DNA of 62,263 nt, filler included, from Basidiobolus ranarum (Eukaryota), in assembly GCA_040143965.1 (NCBI GenBank). It is 16 parts of 16 records of this genome, joined end to end, with 100 filler letters (N's around TTAATTAATTAA, not from the genome) between each part and the next. Parts side by side here need not be neighbours in the genome. Positions count along the whole stretch, not along the records: positions 50,714 to 54,500 come from JASJQH010002286.1; positions 54,601 to 58,383 come from JASJQH010002287.1; positions 58,484 to 62,263 come from JASJQH010002288.1; 13 more parts are not named here. One strand, 5' to 3'. Numbering within the stretch: the stretch's first letter is position 1; each line of letters starts with the position of its first letter. The notes under the pieces are model-generated. The model was not told where the DNA came from. It saw only the letters and a program-made list of their open reading frames with translations, and did not search any database. Of the stretch, positions 50,714 to 62,263 are shown piece after piece. The position numbers and the translations under genes were made by a program.

Positions 50714-51511
50714 TAACAGCTGCTCTGCCATAGTTTTATCTGATTTATATGATTTGCATAGAATCATCAGAATTCATCTGCATTGGGAATAATTTTCACC
50801 TAAGATATAGCCTATTAGCCAGACTCTTAGTCTCATATAGTCCCTCCAGTGTTTTCCAAGCATTTTGGATGTTATTGGCAGATTGAATGTGCCTCAATTG
50901 AGAATCTCTGAGATGTAGACAAAGTGTAGAGAGTGCTTTCCTCTGCTGCTTGCAAAAGGCAAGGATAGCTTCTGGTGGTCCCTTTGGCTCAATTTCTTCT
51001 CCTGTAACAAATACCCAAAGGTCCTTGTCATCTAGCACCGTTTGCATCTTAAACTTCCAATGGTGAAAGTCTTCACCATCAAACTTCTCTGTGGATGCAA
51101 AAGCATTGGTAATAGTACTGGTAGACATTCCTTTAACAGCTAGCATGGGGCTCATAACCTGATAAAAGTGTGTAGGGGATTTGGAAGTGTTTTGGACAAG
51201 ATTTGGATTTGTGAATTAGACACTTAAGTTTTATTGATTTGAATATGTCCTATTTATAGTTTACTATGAAATAGAACTATTGGACATGCTTAGATCATAA
51301 CAAGCATGCCTATTAAGCATGGATGAAAATTTGAGGTGATTTAGAGAAGTTTTGAGTAAATAGTGAGAATTGGTAAAAGTGATCTAATTGATATTTCTAT
51401 CAATTAGAGCAATAAACTCACATTTTTGAATGACAGAATTGAGTGCTAAATAATCAGAATATGAATAAACTAACTACTAAATAATCAGTTGCTATTTACC
51501 TAATTTTAACA
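50714..51511 (-). mobile_element. Copia family B: 5' LTR (51160-51511), PBS GGTTATGAGCCC (51148-51159) and gag start
   Basis: EKFDGEDFHHWKFKM..DKDLW..AWKTLEGLY. Confidence 0.92.
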
Positions 51512-54326
51512 GAAAAGAGCCCTTTGTTGGAAGGCAAATATACTCTGCAGTCTCCTCAACCCATTGCATTGCACCCATCACCAATTTTGCTGATACATTT
51601 TTAATCAGATTGGTATATGTTGTTATTGACAATTCTGCAAGGAGCATCATTTCATCACAAGTGCACTCCAATTGGAGCTCCCAGAATGTGCAGCAAGGGG
51701 CTTTAATCTCTAAGCATTGCCAAAAATACAGCTCGGAATATATTAAATACTGGCATAGAAGCAGTCTATCTTTTTTAAACCATTAATAAAGTTTTTGATA
51801 TCCAATTACAAAATTTTTCAAAGTCACTGTATCTTCCTGAGATCTACCAATGTGAGTTGATGATGTAACACTATATTAACAATATCCACAAACAACTCTC
51901 AATGTTGCCAATACTTGTCAGGCAGAAATCTTCTTAAGATACCACTTGAATATATAAAAATCAAATACTTCCAGTCTTTGCAACTGAATAGAAGCCTAGA
52001 TAAGTGGATATTGCTTTGAGTACTGGTAAAATATGATGGTATCTCAACATTCTCAAGCATTGTCCCATCCAATTCAAACTTTATTCCTATCTCAAATGGC
52101 TCATTCACATTGAATGTTTACCAATATAGCTGAGTAAGTATGATTGGAATATTGTTGGATAGTAACTGCATAGTGCTTAATGGGAAGCTTTGACTACATT
52201 GTATCCCCTTCAGCAATATAGTCTTAGGCTAATGGCTGAACCCAAGTTTGATGTTAGACTGACTATTTGGTGAATTGATATCATTGAGTATGTTTTAATA
52301 TTGCAAGGCTCTTGATGATAAGTTCATGGAGTTAAGTGTCATAATGGGACAGTAGTTATGCATCCAACAGTTGTATGTGTATAAATATCAAAACAGACAA
52401 AAAAGTATATAAAAAATATAAAAGTTTGAAAATGTGCACAATACAACTTTAGAAATAGACAAAATATTAAACATGCAATGGTTAATTTATTTTAATATTG
52501 AAATTTAAATATTTTGTATTTTGAATTTTTACAAATCATTTACACATCAACTGTATGAACCTTGCAGGATTGTCACCTATACCTAAAACAATATTAGCTT
52601 TAAAAATTGTACACCCATGTGAACCCCATTAGATAACCATTCAAATTTCAAAATCAAAGGCTCCAAGAAGCTATCTACAAGCACTGGTGATTTAGGTCCA
52701 GATGTGATGGATTGTATCAAATTATTTTGATACTTTTACCTGTCAGAAGGAGGAAGATGTAAGTTAATTAAAATTATTGGCCAGTAATCTTTTCCAATGT
52801 TATCTTTTGCTAGTGAGGAACCATCCAAAGCCAATACAAAAGCTTGATCAGATGTGTTCTGATAGAAACCTTCACTTCTTGGATTCTGCTAGTGAGATTC
52901 AGCTAGTATATTGGTAACACCATCAACTTTACATGCAGTACTTTGGTATTGGATCAGTGATCTATATTTGGGTTATTTCATCAAAACTTTAAGATGGGGA
53001 ATCCACAGTTTGTAAGCCAAATATCAACAATGTTTACCTGATTCAGTGATTGCTAATTGTATGCAAACAGTACATTACTTCAGGCTTTTCAGATCACTGG
53101 TGAAAGCCAAACAACCATTTGGATGTGAGGGTAGTTTATTTACTCAAGAATCACAAGTCATATGATTAAAAAGTATTTTCTTCTTGTTCCAGGTCTGTGG
53201 CAAGCAACAGTTGCAAATCAACTGTGGTAAAAATTTAAGAAAGCCAACAAACACCTGGTTGCTAAGATTGGATTGAACTCTCCACTCCTCAATAATCAAA
53301 GCTTCTTCCTTTACTATAGGGATTATGAGTGGATTAATGCTTGCCAATGACTAAGAGTCCATAACAAAACTATCATCTTCTTCTTCAACTTGTGATATAC
53401 TACCCTCAGTACTGGAAAAACCAAGGTCAACAGCTACCAGCAAGTCCTCAAAGTTCTCTGGACTTACTGGTTTGATGAAAGTAGCATTCCTACCTACATC
53501 ATTCTGGTCATGAAACAGGTGTAACTCCACTCTATCTTAACTTTCAGCAGTGTTACTAAAAGTTCAAGGCAAATCACTGCCAGTGAACTCAGTGGGCAAA
53601 ACTCAAGTCAATTTTGTGCACTTTTTACTGCTAATAGTCACAAGGCTTTGTGCAGCTGGTGGCTTTGTACAGTATCAATGCTTCTGATTGCTTGTTTCTA
53701 TGAAGCCTCCAGCTTCATAACATAAAAATCTGTGATAATAACAGTAGGACTTCTTTAAACATGTGTGCTGTGAAATGAAAAAGATAATGTAGAAAAGAAC
53801 ATCTCCAATGTAAGGGTGGTATTTTTGGGTACATCCCATCAATTTCATCAGCTAATTCTGAGACAGTGTCACTAATAAGTCATCAGGGAATTTACAAGAT
53901 ATTTCCAGTAATGGATGGCAATTTTGGTTTATTATAAGCAGTTTCTAAGCAGTTTCATTACACCAAGTCTACCATCTGAAAATTTCAATGTCATTCACAA
54001 AGCATTCCAAATCTAAATCAAAATTGGGTCCCAAGCAAAATCCTGCTGGCACAAAAGGATAAGAACCAGCAAGAACAGAGAACTTAATTGATGATGTGCA
54101 GCAGAGTGATTCACTATCCACTTTGGAAGGCACTGGCATGCAAGAAAATAGCTCAAGTAATGATGAAGCATTGATCAATTTATCAAATGTGTTCATTTCT
54201 AGCAATAGTGCAAGTGAAGAGATTGTAATCCCCCCAATTATGTAGCAAATGAGTATTTGAGCAAAGTTCAACAGAAGCATCATCAAGACCATCAACTTCC
54301 TAAATGACTACTTTGCCAACTATTGA
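51512..54326 (-). mobile_element. Decayed CMC/EnSpm-like transposon (transposase region and 5' region)
   Basis: Reverse-complement homology to 59080-61640 and 27347-27780. Confidence 0.88.
52368..52553. mobile_element. Possible Tc1/mariner-type MITE nested in the CMC transposase
   Basis: AT-rich insert absent from the 58861-61640 copy; imperfect TIRs CAGTTG(T)ATGTGTA / TACACATCAACTG|TA. Confidence 0.5.
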
Positions 54327-54351
54327 AGAACCCATCACAGAAAATGTTGGT

Positions 54352-54500
54352 AAAAGAACTGGCAATATAAGCAAAGATTGCTTTAAAAAAATTGCAAAAG
54401 AAGAAAAACATACTGAATCTGGAAATGTGGTTACAACAGAAGATCACTTGTTCATATCTGCTCTATTTATGACTACCAACAAGGATTCTCAGATGTGGTA
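54352..54500 (+). mobile_element. Copia family A gag/protease fragment
   Basis: Matches 3368-3520. Confidence 0.8.
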
Positions 54501-56136
54501 NNNNNNNNNNNNNNNNNNNNNNNNNNNNNNNNNNNNNNNNNNNNTTAATTAATTAANNNNNNNNNNNNNNNNNNNNNNNNNNNNNNNNNNNNNNNNNNNN
54601 GAAGATGGAGGAGAATTCCGAATGATTTGAGTGTCGAGAACAGTAATTTGTGCATTTTGTAAATATACTTCATTTTGTGAAATATTAGCCTTTCGTATTG
54701 AGCTGAGTTACGAGTTGAGTGATTAGCGATTAGTGATTCAATAAAAACTCCTGTACACATTGATCCTTGATTTCTGATCATTCATTGCTCATTTCCCATT
54801 ATTAATTGCCGATTATTTCTTCTTTTCCCACTATTTCCAGATCTACCAGTCTAGAGCAATCAGTGATTTCCTATTTGGACGCAAAGTTCTATACGAGCCT
54901 GGTAGGTAGGGTCTGGTAGATAAATTTCAATATGATTGGTGAGCGGACGATGATCAATATGGATATATTCGTAGAAAATAGTCAGCTCTATCTTGACGGA
55001 AATATTGGGCTGTCCATTTCCTATTCCATGTTACTTCTGCTTATCTTATGCCATTCACAAAAGCTAATACCTTACGTTCTGGGCATCAAAGTTAAGCCAG
55101 AACCAACTCCGGCTCATTCATGGTTCAATGGTGGCTCGAATTACTCGTTAAGTAAACATTTATTACGACTGATGTATTTGGAAGCACTGTAGTTGAAAGG
55201 GTTAAGCCATGTGTAGAGCCGGCCCTTGCCTGTAATGGATTTTATTAAACCTTGGGCAAAACTTATAGCATGAGGGATCAAAGGCATCATCGTTCAGTGA
55301 GTATCAGACGTCCAACATTCAATTCCAATACTTAAGAACGCCTGAAATCTTTTTTCATCGTAAGCAGTCCCGTGACTTCCAGTAATGGAAATTTCTCCGC
55401 TGTTTTCTCGATTGAACCTGCATATACTAAACCCGTTTAATGGAACTTACTTGGTGGATCTACTTAAATTAAACTTATCTCGATTGTTAACTGGTTAGTT
55501 CATCTCGAAGTTGTACAAGAAAATAATATATTGAGATGATTCCATTTCCAGCCATGGTATACACGAGTTAAATAGGGTGGGGTGCTGTTCAACTTGGCTT
55601 TTTCTTGATATTCTGATTCTTTTGTCTGATTGATTTCGTTCCTCTCTCTGCGCAAAATGAGGGCACGTGAATACCCTGATGATCTTTGCGTGGCACAAGC
55701 TACGAGATCCCGTTCTACATAATCTTTCATGATTAGAAAGGTGCAGCCCATTGGTCAGGAGTGAGTTACAAAAACCATCATTCAATGTAATCATCAAGGT
55801 TAAATATGTTTACAGCTTAGCTAAAGAATAACACTAGAAATACTACTATCAAAATAATTCAATTGAATAGTGAAAGTGAAAATCAGTTTGAACACGTTTC
55901 TTGAAAATCCAAGTGTAACCCAGCATAGTATGCTTATATTTGGGCGTGTTTATGAGCGTACGATATAGCACTTTTGGTTTGTTATTTTCACTTACTAGTT
56001 ACGCAAAGTGAGCTTTTCGACACATGTCAAGAGTATTCCGTCTATTGGGTGAGACGTAAAGTCCGTGACGTATTCCCTAAAGTATATAAAGCCTCATTCG
56101 TTTGAAATGTTTAAACAAGCTCAAGCTGATTTAGAA

Positions 56137-58383
56137 ATGAAGACTATCACCGCCTTGATCGCACTTTGCAACGTAGCAGCCATGGTTCTGGGTAAGTTGT
56201 CCGTGAGTTTCACTTGTTCTAATTCCTGTTAACACCTGTCTTTCAGCCAAGCCGATCCAAGACGATGGCAGTGCATATATCACTGATATTAGTCTCAAGG
56301 CATGCGATCGTATAAGTTGCGAGCTCCCTGAGCCCTGGCATCGTATTCCTCTAGACTTGAATAAGGGCGCTGGAGGGAAATACATCTACCTTCACTATCG
56401 CAAAGAGTCTGGAGCACAACCCTTGACAAATATTGTTCTTCTTAAAGACACAGACCAAGTTCCAAATGGTTATAAAAAATTGGATGTGAATGTGAATGAG
56501 GGCTCTGTAGCTCCCAAGAGATATCTTGCCTATACTAATGGTCTCATTGCTGGTGCACCTATTCAAAATTTGGTGGTTAAAATAGGAGCTACCCCACATG
56601 CTTTAGATGGGTATCGTACATTCGATTTCAATCTGAATGAAGGAGCAGGTAAGAAGCACTGACTTGTATACTGATGTAGTTCATTATGGTTAACCCTTCC
56701 TCTACTTTAGGAGAAAAAGTCAACCTTTTCTATCAGCCTAAAATTAAAGATGGTAAGGCGATTTATCATATCATTAAGCTGCATACTAGTTGTCTAAATC
56801 ATTGTAGTCCCTATATCAGATATTACTGTTGAGGCGTGTGATATCGCTAACTGTGAGAAGGAGGGCTGGATTCGTTCTGATCATGATCTTAACATCAATG
56901 CCGGTGGCAAATTTGTTTATCTCTTCTATAAACAAGGCAGAGGAAAACGTGTCACTGGTATCAAAGCCTCAACCAACACCTTAATCCCAGGTTATGAGCG
57001 CATCCCGACTGACTTGAATATTGGAACCAAAGGGCAACCGGTCTATCTTTTCTTTAAGAAAGGTTCAGGAAAACCTATATATTCAATCACTGTTGAAAGT
57101 GGTAAAGATTTAGTTGATCCTTTTGGATATACCAAAGTAGATCAAGATCTTAATGTGGGGACAGGAGCTGACGAAGTGTACCTTTACTACAGATCGAAAG
57201 AAGCAAGTAAGTAATCTTGACCTTGAACCGGTTATATTTTAATCCCAACAATATCGTTAAAACCCCAAAACTTCACAACCATAGAATTACCTAAAGTTCC
57301 AAAGTTGAAGTTCCATCGAGATGGAACGTTCAAAATTCTTCAATTAGCTGATCTCCATATGACTAGTCATCGAAGTGCATGCTATAACATTCCGTCAACT
57401 AGCGAGGTATGCTTACATATGCAGCCCATATTGAGTGCGTTTCCTGGCCTTAATCTTAACACTCATTTTGTATTGTAATAATCAAGTGGAAGAATTGCAC
57501 CAATCTGAAAACCTTTGAATTCGCCGAACGGATGATCAAAGCCGAAAAGCCTGATATGATTGCTTTCACTGGTGACAATGTGATGAGTTCACGTGATCCT
57601 AGAGCAAGTGTTCTCAAATATGCCAGTCTAGCAGCCAAACACAAAATCCCTTGGGTAAGCAAAGTTGAATACACGGTCTATCTGCCCTCGTCGAGCTCAT
57701 ATTTATACATATTTAGGCATTTGTCCATGGTAATCACGATGACGAGGCTGATCTTTCTCGTCTTGAGCTTACTCAAACTGCCCTCTCCGTTCCTTATAAT
57801 CTGGGTCGCAACGGGCCTTACAGCTTATTTGGTTCAGGGAATTACTTCACTCAGATCACCAATTCCAAGTATGTAGTTTGATACAAATATACATCAGACT
57901 GCTCTCTAACTGTGCATTATATTTCATATCGATTAGAGGCCAACCTGGGTTTACTCTATACTTTGTGGATTCCGGGGCCTATAACCTTGATGGCCCTGGG
58001 TATGACTTCATCAAAGACAATCAGGTGAATTGGTTTAAGGAAGCATCTAAGAAGTTAGTGAATCGAAAAGGTCAGAAACCCAATGCAATCGCTTTCTGGC
58101 ATATACCAACCACCGAATATGCTGAAGTATCTAAGGTGCCCGAGAAACAAGTTGGCAGTAAGGGTGAAGTTGTTTCCAGTGCTAAAGTGAAATCTCCTTG
58201 GATTGACGCACTTCATGAATGTAAGATCGTGTTAAATGGCTTTCATAGAGCTCCATGCTAACAACCCTCTTTCATTCACTAGCGGGTGATGATAAGATGA
58301 CCATAGATGGGCACGATCATGTCAATGACTATTGCTGCCCTTTCTCATCTAAGCAACTATGCTACGGTCGAGGCACTGGCTAC
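56137..58383 (+). CDS. Secreted metallophosphoesterase (Dcr2/PAP-like) with six N-terminal MABP-type repeats; at least 9 exons, 3' truncated
   Basis: Signal peptide MKTITALIALCNVAAMVLA; repeats DLNxGxGGxxxYLxY; FKILQLADLH, FTGDN, GNHD, FWHIP and GHDHVNDYC; GT-AG introns such as 56192-56246, 56649-56710 and 56753-56807. Confidence 0.9.
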
Positions 58384-58483
58384 NNNNNNNNNNNNNNNNN
58401 NNNNNNNNNNNNNNNNNNNNNNNNNNNTTAATTAATTAANNNNNNNNNNNNNNNNNNNNNNNNNNNNNNNNNNNNNNNNNNNN

Positions 58484-58860
58484 TAGCACTTTCAGCAACT
58501 CCATTTTCATGAGGTGAATAGGGGGCTGCAGTTTCTTGATCAATTCCATCAATTCCAAAAAAGTCCTTAAATAATGTTGAAGTACATTCTCCACCATCAT
58601 CAGTGTAAGTTTTCATAATTTTAGTTCCTGTTTCAGACTCCACAAGTGTTTTCAAATCCCTAAAGATAGAGAGTCCTTTGTATTTTCTTTCCACACAGTA
58701 GACTCAAATATATTGTGTAAAACAATCAATTAATATGATTATGTATATTTTTCCACCAAAAGATGAATTTTGCATAGGTCTACACAAATCTGAATGCAAT
58801 AGATCCAGTATTTTGACAGATTTGATCAAACCAGAGATCTTGGAAGGTTTCCTGGCTTGT
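58484..58860 (-). mobile_element. Copia integrase fragment
   Basis: HSDLC, TDDGGEC and APYSPHENGVAE. Confidence 0.88.
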
Positions 58861-61640
58861 TAATAGGTCTTGTATCATTGTTGAGTGCCAATCTAACTAT
58901 TGACTAGTTGCTTCCAAATGCTACATTAACTGTAATATTGTAGCATTATTCCTTGTCATGGCCTGTATAGCAACTTCATAGTTTTTACTTATTATTGTAT
59001 TCAATTTGTTATGGTGTTCTGCCTGCAATTGCCCTGTTATATTAATTTATCCAAGTTTTCTGCAGAGGGTTGTTCAATATTAGGCAAAATAGCCATCTTG
59101 GAAGTTGATGGTCTTGAGGGTGCTTCTGTTTAACTTTGCTCAACAATTGATTTAACCCTAACCCTAAGTCTTGATGGTGTCTTGGTTGAGCTTTCCTAAA
59201 CTATTGATTTACAATATAATTGGGGGATTACAATCTCTTCCCTTGCATTATTGATGGAAAGGAACACATCTGGTTTATTGATTAATGCTTCATCATTACT
59301 TGAGTTAGTTTCCGGCATGGTAATGCCTTCCAAAGTGGATAGTGGATTGCTAGAGTGCTCATCAATGAAGTCCTCAGTTCTTGCTGGTTTTTTTCCTTTT
59401 GTGCCGGCAGGCTTTTGCTTGAAAACCAATTTTGATTTTGCTTTTGAATGCTTCTCAAATGGCATTAAAATTTTCAGATGGTAAATTTGGTATAGTGGGA
59501 TTGCTCGGCAGCTGCTTATAATAAATCAAAATTGCTATCCATTACCATGATTATATTATAAATACCCAGATGACTCATCTGTGACACCATCTCAGAATCA
59601 GCTAATGATATTGATGGGCTAAACCTAAGATACAACCCTTACATAGGAGGTGTTCTTTGTTTCTACAATATCCTTCTCATGCTGCAACAAAAACATTTAA
59701 AGAAGCCCCGCTATTATTGTCTCAAATTTTTGTGCTATGAAAACCAGAGGTTTCATAGAAAAAATAATCACAAGTATGGTGATTGTACAAGCCACCAGCT
59801 GCACAAAGCCTGGTATATAACAACAGTAATAAGTGCACTAAATTGATTTTAGTTTTGCCTATTGAGTCCACTGACTGTACTCTGCCTCAAAGTTCTGGTA
59901 CTACTGCCAAAAGTCAAGATACTATGGAGTTACCACAGTTACATGACCGGAATGACATAGAAAGAAATGCAACTTTGTTCAAACAAGTCAGTTGAGAGAA
60001 CTTCAAGGACATGCTGCTAGATGTTGCCTTTGGTTATTCCTGCACCAATGATAGTATATCAGAAGTTGGGGAACAAGACAATGGTTTTGTTGATGACTCT
60101 TGTAATTAGCAAACATTAGTCCACTCATAACATTTACCATAAAGGAAGCCACTTTGTTTATTCAGGGGTGGAGAGTTCAATTCAATCTTAGCAACCAGGT
60201 ATTTATTGGTTTTTTTACACTTTTACCACAGTTGATTGGCAACTTTTGCTTGCCACAGACCTGGTACAAGTGGAAAACACTTGTAAGTTGTATGACTTAC
60301 AATCCTTCAGTAATTAAACTACCTTTATGTCCAAATGGTCATTTGGCTTTCACCAGTGATCTGAAAAACCTGAAGTCATGTACTGCTTGCACACAATTGG
60401 CAATCACTAAATCAGATACATATTGTTCATATTTAGCTGACATACCATTGATTCCCCATCTTAAAGTTTTGTAGAAATCACCAAAATATAAATCATTGCT
60501 CCAATACCAAAGTACTCACCATAAAGCTGATGGTATTACCAATATACTTGATGGATATCACTACCTGAATCTGAAAAGCCAACATTTCTTTGAGAACAAG
60601 CAGGATCATGCATTTACATTGGCTGAGGATAGTTTCTTGCAAAAAAAATATACAGTTGGAATAGCTTGCTGGCCAATAATTTCAATTAACTTCAATCTTC
60701 CTCCTAATGAATGGTATAAGAGTCATAATATTTTGATACTATCCACCATATCTGGAGCTAAATCACCAGTGTTTATGGATAGCTTCTTGGAGCCATTGAT
60801 TGCAGAATTTGAATGGTTATCTAGTGGGGTTCAGATAGGTGAATATTTTATTAAAGCTGATATCAATGTATATATTGGTGACATTCCTGCCATCAGTAAA
60901 CATAGTGGTTTTTGGGGACACAATACACTATCTTGCTGTAGATTTTGCCAAATGAATAGAGTCTACTCTCTCAGGCTTACACATTACTACTATCCTAATA
61001 CAAAACTAAACTCCATGACTTTACCATCAAGAGCTTGGTCTAATCTCACCATGATTACTGATATCAATTCAACAAATAGTTAGGCTAACATCAAACTTGG
61101 TATTAGTCATAAGCCTAAGATTCTATTGCTAAAGAGGATCAGCTGGAGCCAGAACTTCCCATTAGGCACTATGCACTTACTATTCAACAGCATTCCAAAA
61201 CCACTTAATCAGCTATATAGTAGAAAATTCAATTTGAATGAGTCATTCAAGATAGGATCAAAGTTTGAATTAATTGGGGAAATGCCTGAAAATGTCAAGA
61301 TACCATTATATTTTAACATGACTCCCATCAATATCCACTCATCTAAGCATTTATTCAAATGCAAAGACTGGAAGTCTTGAATTTTTATATATTCAGGCGG
61401 AATCTTGAAAAGAATTCTGCCTGATAGGTATTGGCAACATTGGGAGTTGTTTGTGGATATTTTGCATTTATTCTTATGGCATTAACTCACATTGGCAGAT
61501 CTCAGGTAGATACAGCAACTGTGCAAAGATTTTGTAATTGGATAAGTAAAAACTTTCTTACTGGTTTAAAGAAAATAGACTGAATCCATGCTGGTATTCA
61601 ATACATTGCCTGCTAAATCTTTCACAATGCTTGGAGATTA
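58861..61640 (+). mobile_element. Decayed CMC/EnSpm-like transposon with a Transposase_21 (Tnp2)-type pseudogene at about 60150-61640
   Basis: CPNGH..CTAC, ILDGYHY, WPIISINFNLPP, DSFLEPLIAE, GDIPAISK..GHN..CRFC and FPL..MHLL. Confidence 0.9.
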
Positions 61641-61641
61641 T

Positions 61642-62263
61642 GCCTAACAAAAATGAAATCTATTTGATCTGGATTGGGTCCACCCTCCAAAAGAGCAAAA
61701 CCATTGGACAACCGTCACACTATTGGTGGCTTGCATTCTGCCAGGGTTTTGATGGTGTGATGGCGGTTTGTTGATGGTATTCCAATGGTATTTATACATG
61801 TTAAAATATTGATCCTCAAATTAGGCATGATTTATTCAATACCTGGCAATTTTGCAAAATATCATTTTCAAATGGCAAATTACTGGGTTTACTGCTGTAA
61901 GAATACAAATTAATATGCATGCCTTCATTCAGATATTTTAGGCTTTGTATTCCAGCCATAATGAGAATCAAAAAATACAAGTAACTTGTTGTGTTTAGTC
62001 TCTGCATATGCACATACTTGACTGCTTAGACATAACTCAACAACATCATTATGCTTTACCAGTAAACTAATGGTGGAAAAATTGCTAAACATCTGAAATT
62101 TTGAAAAGCACTGACACTTGGCAAATAGCTGACTCTTGTCACCATTCACAATGAGAATAAGCTCTTGGAATTTGGCAAATTTCTGTAAAGAATTCAGTCA
62201 ATATGTCCCCAACTTGCAGTCAACACATGTCCTGCCACAAGTAGATGTGTCATTGCTTGAATG
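61642..62263 (-). mobile_element. CMC transposon 3' terminus inserted in inverted orientation into the previous copy
   Basis: Reverse complement of 27977-28596; begins GCCTAACAAAAA. Confidence 0.85.

Noticed and set aside
1..62263. A multi-gene cluster or operon-like system linking the genes in the window
   Set aside because: The genes lie on separate, size-sorted contigs, so their adjacency is artificial

Overview
This is not one locus. It is 16 unrelated contigs of about 3.8 kb, sorted by decreasing length (3812 to 3780 bp) and joined by artificial 100-bp linkers (44 N + TTAATTAATTAA + 44 N). The content is eukaryotic and looks fungal: short GT-AG introns, fungal-type genes and a PBS matching fungal tRNAi-Met. 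An early-diverging lineage (Zoopagomycota/Mucoromycota) is my inference. Roughly half is decayed, nested transposon DNA almost devoid of CpG: two Ty1/copia families primed by half-tRNAi-Met, many solo LTRs, Ty3/gypsy fragments and CACTA/CMC DNA transposons. The CpG-containing unique DNA holds a D-amino-acid oxidase 3' end, a two-TM protein with DEG/ENaC/PAC-like motifs and an in-frame TGA, a USP16/45-like deubiquitinase, two head-to-head hexokinase 5' ends, the start of a probable His1 LPMO, a GT32-like glycosyltransferase, and a secreted Dcr2-type phosphoesterase with two MABP-like domains. The best leads are: transposon ends abutting CACTA termini, a CCCTA/TA-ended CMC family, direct pairwise evidence of CpG-specific hypermutation, a telomere-repeat filler inside a 43-bp duplication, the channel-like gene and the MABP-phosphoesterase. 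All alignments and coordinates were read by eye, and TE boundaries are approximate.
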